Source: the human T2T-CHM13v2.0 reference genome, Homo sapiens
Strand: one strand, 5' to 3'
NCBI RefSeq assembly: GCF_009914755.1
Contig: NC_060935.1
Length of the DNA: 64,000 nucleotides
Of the stretch, positions 49,851 to 63,016 are shown piece after piece. The notes beneath the pieces were generated by a model that searched no databases, had not been told where the DNA came from, and worked only from the letters and a program-made list of their open reading frames with translations. The position numbers were made by a program, and so were the translations under genes. The stretch's first letter is position 1. Every line of letters starts with the position of its first letter.

Positions 49851-50177
49851 AAAGTGAGGCCTTTTTAATAAAGGCCACAAGATGATGGTGCTCCTGCTCA
49901 AATAATATTTCAAAATTAAATCTAAAATAAGTATAAGAAAATCAGTTGATGTTGTGATTTATCCCATGGTAATGATTTCAATCTTTTTAAAAAATGTAAT
50001 TCTTAAAAATGTTTTCCTCTTAAATTTTGGTATCTCTACTTGCTAGTGTCCTAAATACATACATGATCTTATTTCTTAGGCCATCCAGTGCTGGCTGGCA
50101 GCCAGCCAGGAGCGTAAGATTCTGAGAAAATGTGCTGCAATAACCCATCAAGTAGTGAGAGAGGCCCATCACTAGCC

Positions 50178-50268
50178 AGGATGACTAACCTCCCTGGGTT
50201 TCCTGGATCCTGGGTTCCAGTGCTAAAACTGCATCAGTTCTGGGCTAACCATGATGACTGGTCATCCG
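50178..50268. mobile_element. Short hAT-type MITE remnant (MER81/MER94-like)
   Basis: Imperfect terminal inverted repeats GGATGACTA…TGGTCATCC. Confidence 0.45.
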
Positions 50269-50470
50269 AACCAGGACCCAGAATAAGGTTCTAAGGACAT
50301 AAGTGGCTCTGAGAGCAGCAAACAATGGAATGTTGTTAAGGGCAACAAAGAAAAAAGGCTGAAAAGTATTATCTTCTCAAAAGTAGACTTGCTCTTTAAT
50401 TGAAGTAGAAATTCTTATTTCTCCCTCTCCCATACTTTGTATCTAGTATTTAATAGACCAAAGACATACA

Positions 50471-50780
50471 TCAGGATACTTCTGGACTGGCCCCATTTTT
50501 CATTAATGTGGCCTCTGGGAAAGCATATAAAATGTATACATGTTAAAATCCAACTGGCTAGAAAAATGTACCATAAGTCAAATGTCATGATTTTCAGGTG
50601 GTGTAACAGAAGAGCATAGAGTTGTGAGTGCGAAGTTTAGATTCAGGCTGGGCGTGGTGGCTCACGCCTGTAATCCCAGCACTTTGGGAGGCTGAGGCAG
50701 GCGGATCACAAGGTCAAGAGATTGAGACCATCCTGGCCAACATGGTGAAACCCTGTCTGTCTACTAAAAATACAAAAATG
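50471..50780 (+). repeat. Dispersed duplicate of 51832-52148 (unique flank plus left Alu arm)
   Basis: Direct alignment by eye; high identity with one 11-bp indel. Confidence 0.93.
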
Positions 50781-52017
50781 CTCCTGGGAGTAAAAATATT
50801 TAGTATTTTTACTAAAAATACTAAAAATGCCCCTAGGAGTTGGCATATTTCAAAGGCAAAAACACAAAAGCAGGAACAGCAATTCTGCTTGGAAGGTGAG
50901 GGATGGCCATTCAAAGCGGCCCAGAGACCTTTCCTGTGGGGCATGACTCGCTGACAGTTCATCCAAGACTCAGAGAGGCCTGAAGGCTTGTCTAATGTCA
51001 CACAGGGACTTGTATCCACTATACTGTGGGAGTAGGGAGGATACGAGGGCTGGAGGGAAAGGGAGCTAAGAGGGCCTGCTTTTTTCCTCTAGGGTAATTC
51101 TCACCATCATCCTATTAGGTATGAATTATTAGCCTGACATTACTTTTAAGGAAAGTGTGTCTCGGGAAGGTTGAGTCACTTGCCTAAGATCACTTACTAG
51201 CAGATTCAGTATTTCACTCCATGGATGTCTTGCTCCAAAGCCTGGACACAGCCCTATGACCCCAGCATAAATGTGATGGGTGTGTGTGGGAAATGCAAGG
51301 GAAAGCACAGAGAGGAAGGAGATGAGCTGGTGACCACAAACCGGAGTAGTAAGAAAGGCCACAAAACTGCAGATCTTCCTGGACAGGACTGACACTTCTC
51401 CTCCCCTACGAGAGGATTTACAAACCTGATAAAAACTGAGATGTAGCCTGGGCAACACAGTGAGACCCCGTCTCTAAGAAGAAAAAAATTAGCTGGTTGT
51501 GGTGGTGCACACCTGTGGTCCTAGCTACTCGAGAGGCTGAGGCAGAGGATCACTTGAACCCAGGAGTTTGCGGGTGCAGGGAGCTGTGATCACGCCACTG
51601 CACTCCAGTCTGGGCAACAGTGTGAGACCCTGTCTCAAGGAAAAAAAAAAACAACCAACAGAGATATGTGGGAACTTAAGATTAATTCCTGTGCCAAATA
51701 AAATGAGACATCTTGAAATGGTGCTGAGGAGGTTGGAAGAGGATGGGGAAAGGAAACTAGTAAGAGGATCAGGCATCTGATGCTTCTCTTTAGGATTGTA
51801 TCCCAGGACTATAACTTTAGGACTACAACTCTCAGGATACTTCTGTACTGACCCCATTTTTCATTAATGTGGCCTCTGGGAAAGCATATAAAATGTATAC
51901 ATGTTAACTGCTAAGTAAAATCTAACTGGCTAGGAAAATGTACCATAAGTCAAATGTCATGATTTTCAGGTGGTGTAATAGAAGAACAGAGAGTTGTGAG
52001 TCAGAAGTTTAGATTCA

Positions 52018-52740
<723 letters not shown>

Positions 52741-53616
52741 TTTCCTCATTTTAAATAGGCATAATGATAGTATATTCCTCATCAGATTGCTAAATTTAAT
52801 TAGTTAATACAAAGTACTTGGAACAGTGCCTGGTACATGCTAAGCACCACCATAACTACCATCTTTAACACAGCCTCCTCAGAGAGACCCTGTTCTTTAT
52901 CACAGCACCTGGTACTCATCTCATCAGTCTATAAATATTTTATTTTTTGCTCATTATTTGTGCTCCATGAAGATAGGGAATTTGTCTGTCTTATTTACTA
53001 CTATATGCTCAGTATCCAGCATGACACCTGATACAGGGTAGGTACTCAAAAGCAGTTATTATTAAGCAGTTATTATTATTGTTTATTTTCTTGGTACTTG
53101 CAAGAAAGTTCAGGTGCTCTGCCAAGGCAGAAAAGAGGAGATGTGGGATTTGTACCAGAGTTCCAACCACCTACTTCAGCTGAATGAATAGTTATGAGGT
53201 GTTTTGTAAATGGCAAATAGTTGTACGACTGATATTATTCTCCTCATCCAGATCTTACTGTTGTACTCCCGTAAGGTTGCATCTCCGCTCCTATCTACCT
53301 GCTTGGTGGGGACTCCCACAGCACTCAATACACATTTCTTAGCTGCCTCTTGCTTTCATGCTTCTGCACAGCTTTTTTCTTCCCCATGTCAGTCTTGGCT
53401 GACAATGCCCTGCTCTTGCATATTTGCTCTTCCTCACTTTTCCTGAGCTCCCTGCCCACTGCTGGGCCCACAGAATATGCTCAGTACAAACTTGAGGAGT
53501 GACCCCTGCTGCAGCCTTTCCAGGAAGATGACCTGGGGCAGCTCTGCATTCTGTGCACACTTCTGTGGAAGAGATGATGACTCTATAGAAGAAAGGTCAG
53601 TTGGCCATTCTCTTAC

Positions 53617-53728
53617 CTGATCTGTTGTGGCTGCTGGTGGCAAAGTTGCTGAGAGTGAAAGCATCCGCAGGGAAGCCTCCAACTGCTGGGGAGGCAAAAA
53701 GAAGTTGGGCACCACAATGGGCCCTGGG
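53617..53728 (-). CDS. C2CD3: C2CD3 penultimate exon (PGPIVVPNFFLPPQQLEASLRMLSLSATLPPAATTDQ)
   Basis: 112 nt; TAG acceptor preceded by a U12 branch point; CAG|GTAAG donor. Confidence 0.9.
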
Positions 53729-55084
53729 CTACAATGGTAGTTAAGGGACAAAAATACCTAGAAGTCCACCCCTCTTGCAGTGGAGGCCAGCATCTCCACT
53801 GACCATTCACTCTGCCCCCACTCATGTTTTTCCCTCAACTATTCTTGTCCATAAATTCTTTGCTCAGCTGGCTCCCTCTGACTGGAAGGCTTGCCCACTC
53901 CTAACACATATAAGTTTTTTATGGATCAGTTCAAATCCGGCCTCCTCTAGGAAGCTTTCTCTTAATCTTAGCCCCACAGTGATCCCTCCTTCCTCACATC
54001 CTAGAGCAGTCTGCAACACAGGAGAATGCTTAATTATTTAGTCTGATATGATTATTTTCCTCAATCTTCCCTAAATTTCTCAATGGCACAGACAGTTTCC
54101 TTCTGTTACCTCTACTTCCTGAAAGCCCCTCAGGAGGCTGGCAGGTAGCAGGCGTTGAATGATTCTTGCCTAAGGGCCTGCTAGTTAGAAAAAGACCTAT
54201 TAGAAGTCAGTCAGGGGATGTGGGGATTGGGATGTGGCTCCAGGGGGCAGTGCCTTAGGCTGCATTTAGGTGCCCTGCACTGAAGGAGGGCCTGCTTGCC
54301 TATTTTCTCTGCTCACATTCAGAAATGAGAGCTCTGCATCAGGGGCTGTCCATGACGGGACATGTCCTCATGTCAGGGACCAGTACAGCTGGTCCAATCT
54401 GGATGTGAGCCCTAGAAGGCAGGTACTGTTATCTTGCACTTCTCCTCCGTATCTTCTTGAGGTGCTCAGTGCTGTGTTGAGAATATGGTGTTCTACAGGT
54501 ATTTTTTGAATCAAATCACTGATTCAGTTTAGTTGAACTCTGAAGGGGGTAAAGAGGGGACTATTTTGATGTTCCAATTTTTTGTTTCTGTTTAATAAGT
54601 ATGGTTCTCACTCCAATTTGCTTACCACATTTCCTATTTTATCGTCGTTCTTCTACATTAGACTCTAAACTTCAAGAAGGCAGAGATGATCTGTCTTTCA
54701 TAACCATATTCCTGTCACCTAGCATAGTACCTGGGAGACAGTAAGTACTCAATAAATATCTTGTGAATGAATGAAATGCATTGATTTCTTGCTTTGGTTC
54801 AAGTCCCTGATTTTTCTGTAGAGAGGTGGGGGAGGAATGGAGATCCCGAAGGGAAAGACCCTTTGACTCCAGGCCTTCTGCAGAGGCCCAGGTGAGGTAG
54901 GATCTATTTGCTGTTGCTGAAACTGCTGGGGACTGCCAGACAGCCAGCTGATGCTGTGGGGAAGAAAGAACTTTGCTGTGAGGTGTCAGGGCTGGCTCTG
55001 AAGCATGGAAGTCTCTTTCCCAGCCCATTGCCTCATGTGTGCTTTAGGGTCCTGCTCCAACAGGCACTTTCTCCCACCAACTTT

Positions 55085-55385
55085 TATTTTGTTATGTTTT
55101 TTGAAACAGGGTCTCACTCCCATTGTTCAGGCTGGAGTGCAGTGGCGTGATCATGGCACACTGCAGCCTTGACCTTCTGGGCTCAGGTAATTCTTCCACT
55201 TCAGCCTGCAGAGTAGCTGGGATTACAGGCACATGCCACCATGCCTGGCTAATTTTTGTATTTTTAGTAGAGATGGAATTTTGCCATGTTACCCAGGCTG
55301 GTCTTGAACTCCTGACCTCAAGTGATCCTCCCACCTTGGCCTCCCAAAATGCTGGGATTACAGGTGTGAACCACTATGTCTGGCC
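55085..55385 (-). mobile_element. Alu
   Basis: Consensus dimer. Confidence 0.88.
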
Positions 55386-57906
55386 TCATGAACTTTAAAT
55401 TCCTGTTCCTCAGTTCATAAAAATGTTCAAGTTTCCCATTTAGGGAAACAAACAAACAACCCCCTGACCTTGCATTGTCTTCTAGTTACCACCCAGCTCT
55501 CTGTCACTTACTAGATGGATAACTTCAGGAAAGTTCACTTTTTGTGCCGCAATTTCTCCATTTTTAAATGTATTAGTACTTATTGTTTTAAGGATTAAAT
55601 GAATTTATATATGTAAAGTGCCTAGAATGGTGCCTCGATAAATGTCAGCTATTCTTATCTCCTCAGTTTATGTGAAAAAGTTGTCTGTTCTCACTGTCCT
55701 CACCATTAGCTGCTTTGACTAATGAAGTCTGGCTTCCATTCCCACCACTGTAAGGTCCTCCTTAACACTAAAACCAGTGATACATGTCAGCCACATTCTC
55801 CCGGACCTGTGTGCAGCGTCAGTGCTGACCACGACGTCCTGAAACTCTGCAGCATCTGCTCCTACGGCACCTCTCTCTCCGCTGCTTCTCCCACCTCCTG
55901 ACCAGCTCTCCTCATCTCCTTTGTGGGCATGCCCTGTCCTGCTTCTCTTTGCACACTGGAGATGCTCAGAGTCTGCCTCTGTGTGTTTGGTTCCCCCTTC
56001 CCAGGCTCTTCTTGCTGCCCTCATCGACTCCCAGAGATGCCTACCTTTATGGCTGAGCTCAGCCCTCAACTTCACTCCTCCTGGATGTCCTACAGGCACA
56101 TGCCCCAAACGGCAATCTGCATCGTCTCCCAAACCTGTCTATGTGCTGTTTCCTATCCAGTAAATGATATCACCTGCCGGGTAACTTGTGACAGAAACCT
56201 CTAATTACACTTTCTATTTCCTTTGTCTCATCCCCTGCCCCTCTATCTAATCCTCTCAGATCTGTTCCCCTCGTCTTCATCATAAAGCAGTCTATACTTC
56301 AGGTCAGACTTTCTTCATCTCTTGTTATTATTGCAAGTGTCCTAACTAGCCTCCTTGTTTCTAGTCTTCCCTTACTTAACCTGCTCTCTACAAGGCACTG
56401 GGTGACTTCTTTTCTCATATGTACATCTGACCATACCACACTCTTGCTTAACAGTGAACACTATTCATGTACCAGGTATTGTGCTAGGCAGTTTACATGA
56501 TTATTTTCATTTTCATTTTCACAACAACCCAGTAAGTACTATTATCACCTCCATTTTACAGATGAGGAAAGTGAAGTTTCTTTGCTTTAGAATAGAGTCC
56601 AAGTACCTCAGCCAGGTATAGAAGTCCTTTAAGATCCAGGCCTTGCCTCACCTCGCACCATCCCCTCATCCCTGGACTCTAGCCACAGTGAACTACTGCC
56701 CACAGGCAGCCTCCTTCACCCAGCGAGGCCTCTGCACACACAGTTTGTCCTGACTAGAACTTTTCCTTGTCTCTATTGCACAATGCCTATTCATCTTTAA
56801 GGCCTGGCTCTCCTGTCTCTCTTACTGGGATGGCTCCAAGTAGAGTTAGGGCAGCTCCCTCCTCATGGTCCCTCGCGTTCTGTCCACATCTCATCACAGT
56901 ACTTGGCACAATAAACTGTCAGTATCTATCTACTTGACTGTCTCCTATCTCATAATGGGAACTTCTCGAGGTAAGGTCTCATTCAAATCTGTCCTTGGCA
57001 CCCAGCACAGGGCCTGGCACGATTTATTTTTGAAAGAATAGTCAGGAAGGCCTAAGTTAAAGCAGCACTTAGGGTCTGGGCACATGTGGCATCTCCTCCA
57101 TCGGCCATATTCTGAGCACAATTAATACTGACTGCAAAGGCAGCAACATTAGGGGCCAGGATCCAGGATGGGCAAGGCCAGGGAGAACTGCACACAAGGA
57201 GGTCTATTTTCAAAGCTCAGCCTCCAGCCATTGCATGCTTTAATCCTTTCCTGAGCCCACTCTCCCACCCCTAGGTTTTTCTCTGATCTGCATCAAGAAT
57301 CATACTGTGTGGTGTGTACAAATGTTTCCACTCATTTGGTTTTCTCAACAATGTTGTGAAACTGTGATAGTTCAATCCAATCTACATTTACCAATCCCTT
57401 CTCTGTGTAGTGCTAGGTCCTGAGGATGCAGAAAAAGACAAGGTCCCTGACCTGGGGAGCTTATAATTTGGTGGGTAAGGGATTTCCGCCTCCATTTTAC
57501 AGGTGAAGAAACGTGCACATAAAGATTAAACTATATGTCTATAATCACAAAAATAATTTTGTGGGTCTAGAAGGGTCAAAGTCAGGCTCCCTGACTTCTA
57601 GTAGAGGAAGATCTCTAGTCTAGTAAAGCAGCCTGCTTCACCTGCCAGCCGTACAATATTCCCTGCTTGTTGGGATAGCAGGTGAGCTGATCTGATCAGC
57701 TGGTTAGGCTACAGGTGTGAAGGCTGTAGATGGTCCTAAGTGGTTTCCTTTCCCCATAACATGCCAGTCTGTGTTTAAAAGGAAGGAGTGGGGAATGTCA
57801 GGTGCCCCCTGTTCCCATCAACAGTACCTTACTGGGGACTTGGGAAAGTCCATCTCCATGGTGCCTGTTTAGCTCCATCACTTCCTTTTTTAAAAAAATT
57901 TAATCT

Positions 57907-58195
57907 GGCCAGGCGTGGTGGCTCAAATGCTCTAACTGCAGCATTTTGGGAGGGTGAGGCAGGAGGATTGCTTGAGGCCAGGAGTTTGAGACCAGCCTGG
58001 GTGACACAGCAAGACCCCAACTCTTAAAAAAAATTAGCTGGGTGTGATGCTGCATACCTGTAGTTCTAGCTACTTGCAAGGCTGAGGTGGGAGGATCACC
58101 TGAGTATAAGAATCTGAGGCTGCAGTGAGGTATGGTAATAACCTTGTACTCCAGCTTGGGTGACAGAATAACCTGTCTCTTAAAAAAAAAAAAAG
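57907..58195 (+). mobile_element. Alu (old)
   Basis: Diverged dimer with A tail. Confidence 0.85.
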
Positions 58196-58668
58196 GCAAG
58201 TCACAATAACTGAGCATCAGTTTCCTTATATATGCAAAATAGGGATGATACCTACCTAAAAGACTTGTGATGACTGAATGAAAAATGTACATAAAGTGCT
58301 CAATGGCAGTGATTTTCTTTCCTCTTTCTCTAGACCCTCTGCTTCTCTTTCAACTGATAAATAGTCTCATTCCTTAGATCCCAAGCCTTGCCTTCAGGTG
58401 GTAAAATACCCAACAGATGAATTGGATAAATCAGGGTAGGCTAGGCTAATGTGCTACGAATGCCTAAACCCAGTTCAAGGCATTATGTTTCTGAGGGCTG
58501 GTGTTAATGGTAAAACTGTAGCACCTGTCATGCAGGTGGGGTCTTCTGAAGGAATGGTCTTTCCATGCCCCCTAGTGCATTCCATGAGGGTGGCCACTTG
58601 CTCACACTCACACTAGGCTAGTCTAAGTACCTGCATCCAAACCACTTGTGGGAAATGCCAAAGGATAC

Positions 58669-59596
58669 AGCAGGAGGCTCTGCTTTGTGGACGTCTCTGA
58701 TCCAGTTGTCACCTGCCTCTGCCTGATGTCAGAGGAGTCGATGGGTGGTCCCTTATGGTTTTCCCTTCTGCTCTGGGAGGCTAGATTTAGCGGCAACTTC
58801 TTGAAGCTATCAGCAGAGTCACCGAGCTCACTGGTGGCAGCTTCATTCTCAGCTGGGGCCTCTGACTTGGGCTCCTTGTTCTGATCTGTCTGTGGTGAGC
58901 TCCATCCAACAAACGTGCTGCTCTGTTGAGCTCCTGAGAGTGTTGGGCATGGGATGGGCTGAGGGTTGGCTGAGGCAGACTCGCCACCAACCCTGGCCTT
59001 AGAGGCCTCACACTCACAAGCAACAAGACTTTGGCTAGGAGAACCCTGCCTAGGCAGGTGGGGGTTGACAGCCCTTTCTGGGCTGGAGAGAAAGCTACTT
59101 TTGACCATAAGCTCCTCTCTGCAGAAAGGCCCTGGAGAAGGACAAGAGGGGCCTTCCCTCTGCACCTCGTCAGGCTGAGGGCTGATGACCTCACTTGTGT
59201 CTGATATGACACTAGACCAAGGGCTAGTTTTGTCTGTCACCGTGGTGATCTCATTTAAGGTCCTGGGCTCAATGATGTCTTCTTCATAGTCCTCATCACT
59301 GTAGGCTGGGCCTGCCTCAGTGTCTTCACTGCTCTGCATCCTTGTAATGGGTACTGCATGCCTCAGGGACTCATGGAGCATTCTTCCTCCATTTGAAGTC
59401 TCTTCGAGAGGAGGGGGTGATGGGGAATCTGTGCCTTTATCTGGAGCTCTTACCAATGGCTCATCTGGCATTGTGCATCGTTCTTGCAGTGCTTCTGTGT
59501 CCTGAGCATCTGGGAGGGTGGTGGCCTTGTTGCTTCTACTCCTGGCTCGGTGAGAACTCAAAGCTGCTTGCGAATCCCTGGTGATAGTCTGCAGAT
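58669..59596 (-). CDS. C2CD3: C2CD3 large exon (928 nt; low-complexity S/P/E-rich region)
   Basis: Core of the 338-aa ORF (DLQTITRDSQAALSS…ETSTKQSLL); CAG acceptor at 59597-59599; phase fits both neighbours. Confidence 0.92.
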
Positions 59597-59754
59597 CTGA
59601 ACAGCAACACATATCACTCTTATTACAAGGTAGGGCCACAGACCCCTCAAATTTCCCACACTAGCCTTTAGCTTCAGAAGCACTATGGCAATCAGACTCT
59701 GAACAAACCATAAAGAAAATTAGTCCACCCAAGATTCAGTGAGACTATATTCAA

Positions 59755-59926
59755 GGCGGTACAATTTTTAGTACTTTATTCTAATATCAGAGGACCAGAA
59801 TCTAATCTATAGTTGTGGATACATCTGTGGAAATGCTTTCAGAGACTATCTGCTCATGCTCAGGAATCGTTGGGAGCTGGGAGTCCTGGTGGGCATGTTC
59901 ATGCTTCCAGTTACTTCAGTAACTAC
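59755..59926 (-). CDS. C2CD3: C2CD3 alternative terminal exon of the short isoform (…ITG-S-Y*, TGA 59916-59918; AATAAA 59775-59780)
   Basis: TAG acceptor at 59927-59929, phase-compatible with the upstream exon, immediate stop and canonical poly(A) signal; 390 aa shorter than the long form. Confidence 0.72.
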
Positions 59927-61177
59927 CTATATTAAAAATCAAAATGAGAATCCACTTATTTACCTATTTGATGACAGTTATTAAAACTACCTATTTTACT
60001 TCGAAAATAAAAGCAAGGAAATATCTATCACCCATATGATAAGGCAGGGAAGATTTACACAGAAAATAGAAGCAGCAAGGTATGTTGGAAAGAGCATAGG
60101 CTTTGGAGCCGGTCAATCTTGGGTTCGAATCTCTGTTGTCACTTGTTAACTTTGTGATCATAAGCAAACCATCCTCTCTGAGCCTATTGATCTGTACAGT
60201 GTAATCAACACCACCCACTTCATAAGGTTACAGTAGAGAATACACGAAAGAAATGGGCATACACTGTGTGGTGAATATATAACCACTTAATAAACAGAAG
60301 CTACTAGTCATCTCAAATTATTTTTGGGATGGAATGGGAGTGAATCAATTAATAAATAGACCCAGTAAATGATACATGTTTGCAAGATTATTTGAGAGGA
60401 GAAAATTAGGAACTGAAGGCAAATTTGATTCCTGGGGAATAGGGGTCACATCTCCCTCACAGCACCTAACAGAGGGCTCACTCTACAGGAGGTGCTGGCT
60501 GTTTAATATTATACACTGATGATTTTCAGGCCTCAAAGGAATGGGTAGATAGACGAAAATGAAACATTACTACCTGTAAATAGGAATAGGCATGGGGAAG
60601 CATGTTTAGTTAATCCTAATCCTTTGGCCTGAACATGCTTTCTGTCTCAGAGCAGTCTTCTTGCTTTTTATAAACTTGCCCAGCCTTCAAGGCCATGTTC
60701 TATTGGATCTCCTCCAGGAGGCCTTCCCAGATTCACGAGTTAAATAAGATTGCTACATGGCTTTGTTCTATAAGGAAGCACTTAAGAATATGACACTGTG
60801 TAATTGTATGTTTACCCCATCAGACTGTGAGCTTCTCAGGGCATGAACCATATGTCTGAATCATGTTGTATCTCTAGGGCCTAGCCTAGCATATAGCTCT
60901 GGCTTAAAAAAAACCCCACTCAGTAACTCTCTCAAGTTTCACTCATATCCATTTGTCTGATGGCTTTGTAAAAACAGCATACTGAGGCATAATGGAGCAT
61001 AATGGAGGCAGGGGCAGGCTTTTGCTGTTTTTTTTTTTTGAATGGTTTCCCTGATCTAATCATCTTTCTCTTTTTAAATTCATTCTCCTTGTGAAAACCA
61101 GTTCTCATTCAGTTGTCTGCTTGCTGAGAACTTTCCATTTCTTCCAGGATAAACATTAGGCCCCACAGCTTCAATTC

Positions 61178-61478
61178 TTTTTTTTTTGTTTGTTTTGAGT
61201 CAGAGTCTTACTCTGTTGTCCAGGCCGGGGTGCAGTGGAACAATCTCGGCTCACTGCAACCTCTGCCCCTGCATTCAAGCGATTCTCGTGTCTCAGACTC
61301 CCAAGTAGCTGGGATTATAGGTGCGCACCACCTCGTCCAGCTAAATTTTGTGTTTTTAGTAGAGATGGGGTTTTGCCATGTTGGCCAGGCTGGTTTTGAA
61401 CTCCTAACCTTAAGTGATCCACTCACCCTGGCCTCCCAAAGTGCTGGGATTACAGGTGTGAGCCACCGTGCCTGGCCA
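61178..61478 (-). mobile_element. Alu
   Basis: Consensus dimer. Confidence 0.88.
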
Positions 61479-61979
61479 CAATTCCCTTCTCTCTCCTCTT
61501 TTAATATGCCCCTTTAGAAAGATTCCCCTATTTGTTTCCACCTCTACTCCAAACAAGCCTTCATCTGTTTTGCTGTCATACTTTCTTTGTGAGAGGATTT
61601 TTCTTTGGTTGACTATAGAATATAAGCTTGATGAAGGGAGATAATGCCTGTCATATCCACCACTGTATCTTCCTGGGACAAATAACAGAATAGTGCCTGG
61701 CACAGATGGTGCTCAATAAACACTTGACTGAAAATATCCAAGCAAGTGGAAGTCAAACACAGAGCATTTATCTGAGGCCATGGATACCAACAGGTTAGGT
61801 ATCTGGAAGAAGAAGACAGAAAGAAGGTTTGTACTTAGTGTTAATCAAGGTGTTTTTCTCTCCTGTTAGACAAAGAAAATTGAACTTCTTCATCCCTGTG
61901 TAGAATCTACACATTTCGCTCAAGCAAAAACAAGTGAGGGCTGAAGATGCTGATCTAGTTGATTTCCCAGTGTTCCCTG

Positions 61980-62390
61980 AAGCTTGCTTGATAAAGATTT
62001 CTAGGTCATGACCCTGGATCCTGATTCAGAAGGATGGAGTAGGACCCAGGAATCTCTATTTCACAGTAAGTGCCCCGGGTGATTCTTATGCTCAGGCAGG
62101 TTTGCCAATATTTGCTCTAGAGCAGTCTCAGTCTTGTCTACACACTAGAATTACCTGGGGAGTTAGAAACAATACTGATGCCTGGGTTCCACCTCAGAGA
62201 TTCTGTTGACCTACAGTACAGCCTGGGCATGGGGTTTTTTAAAAGTCCCTCAATAATTCCAATATGCAGCTAAAGTGAGAACCACTGCTCCAAAGGGGTT
62301 TTTCAAAGGGTGGACTATGAATCGCTAACATCCAGAATCATCTAGGGTGCTTGTTAAAAGTGCAGACTTCTGGGCTTTCATAATTAGAAT
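61980..62390. mobile_element. Cluster of MER5-like DNA transposon remnants
   Basis: Repeated AGCAGT…/AGAATCA(C/T)CT…GG…TTGTTAAAA…GCAGA/GAGAACCACTGCTC motifs. Confidence 0.6.
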
Positions 62391-62795
62391 TTTAAATATG
62401 TTTATTGTTCATTATTTTCTCAGAGAGTGGCACAAGTTCAAGAATTGCTATTGAGGAACCACTCATCTAATCTACCCCACTCTTTTCTTGGCTGGGGAAA
62501 CTGAAGTCTAAGAAGGGAAAGGACACGTTCAGAGTCAGACTCTAAGTCTGTACCAGAAGCCCATCAAGGACCTGGGTCAGTCCAGTGCTCTTTCCATTGC
62601 CCCATGTTGCTGTGCCATACTATTATGTCCCTCCTTTTCAAACGCAAGATGGTTAAAAAAAAAAAAAAAGGAAGAGGGTGAAAACAATTGGTCTCTATTT
62701 GTCATAGGGGCTTGTCCGAAGGAACACATTCAAATGCTTTTTGAATTAGCACCTAGTGACCATAACATCTCAACAAGAAAGGATCTGAGTCATAC

Positions 62796-63016
62796 CTGTG
62801 ATTAAGGAGCTGACTTGCAACACCAGGTTACTGGATTTCTCCAGGATACACTGGCTCCCAGGGTCTAGGCTGCTGGCACCTGGCCCAAGATGGTCCCTAC
62901 AGCTCTCCTGGTGCTGTGAGATGGCCGTTTGAGTCTGAGGGCTGAGGGGTAGGAAAGGCTTGGTGAGCTTCTGGCGGAAGTACCTCTGAATCTGATCAAG
63001 CTCACTCAGATTCTTC
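62796..63016 (-). CDS. C2CD3: C2CD3 internal exon ([24 protein letters not shown]…[10 protein letters not shown])
   Basis: 221 nt; polypyrimidine tract + TAG acceptor, CAG|GTATG donor; the gene continues beyond the window. Confidence 0.9.

Larger units (their letters stand above)
53729..58668 (-). other. C2CD3: U12-type (minor spliceosome) GT-AG intron of C2CD3
   Basis: 5' splice site GTATCCTTT (58668-58660); branch point TCCCTTAAC (53748-53740) ending 11 nt before the exon; joining keeps the frame (…SLLL|PGPIVV…). Confidence 0.9.
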
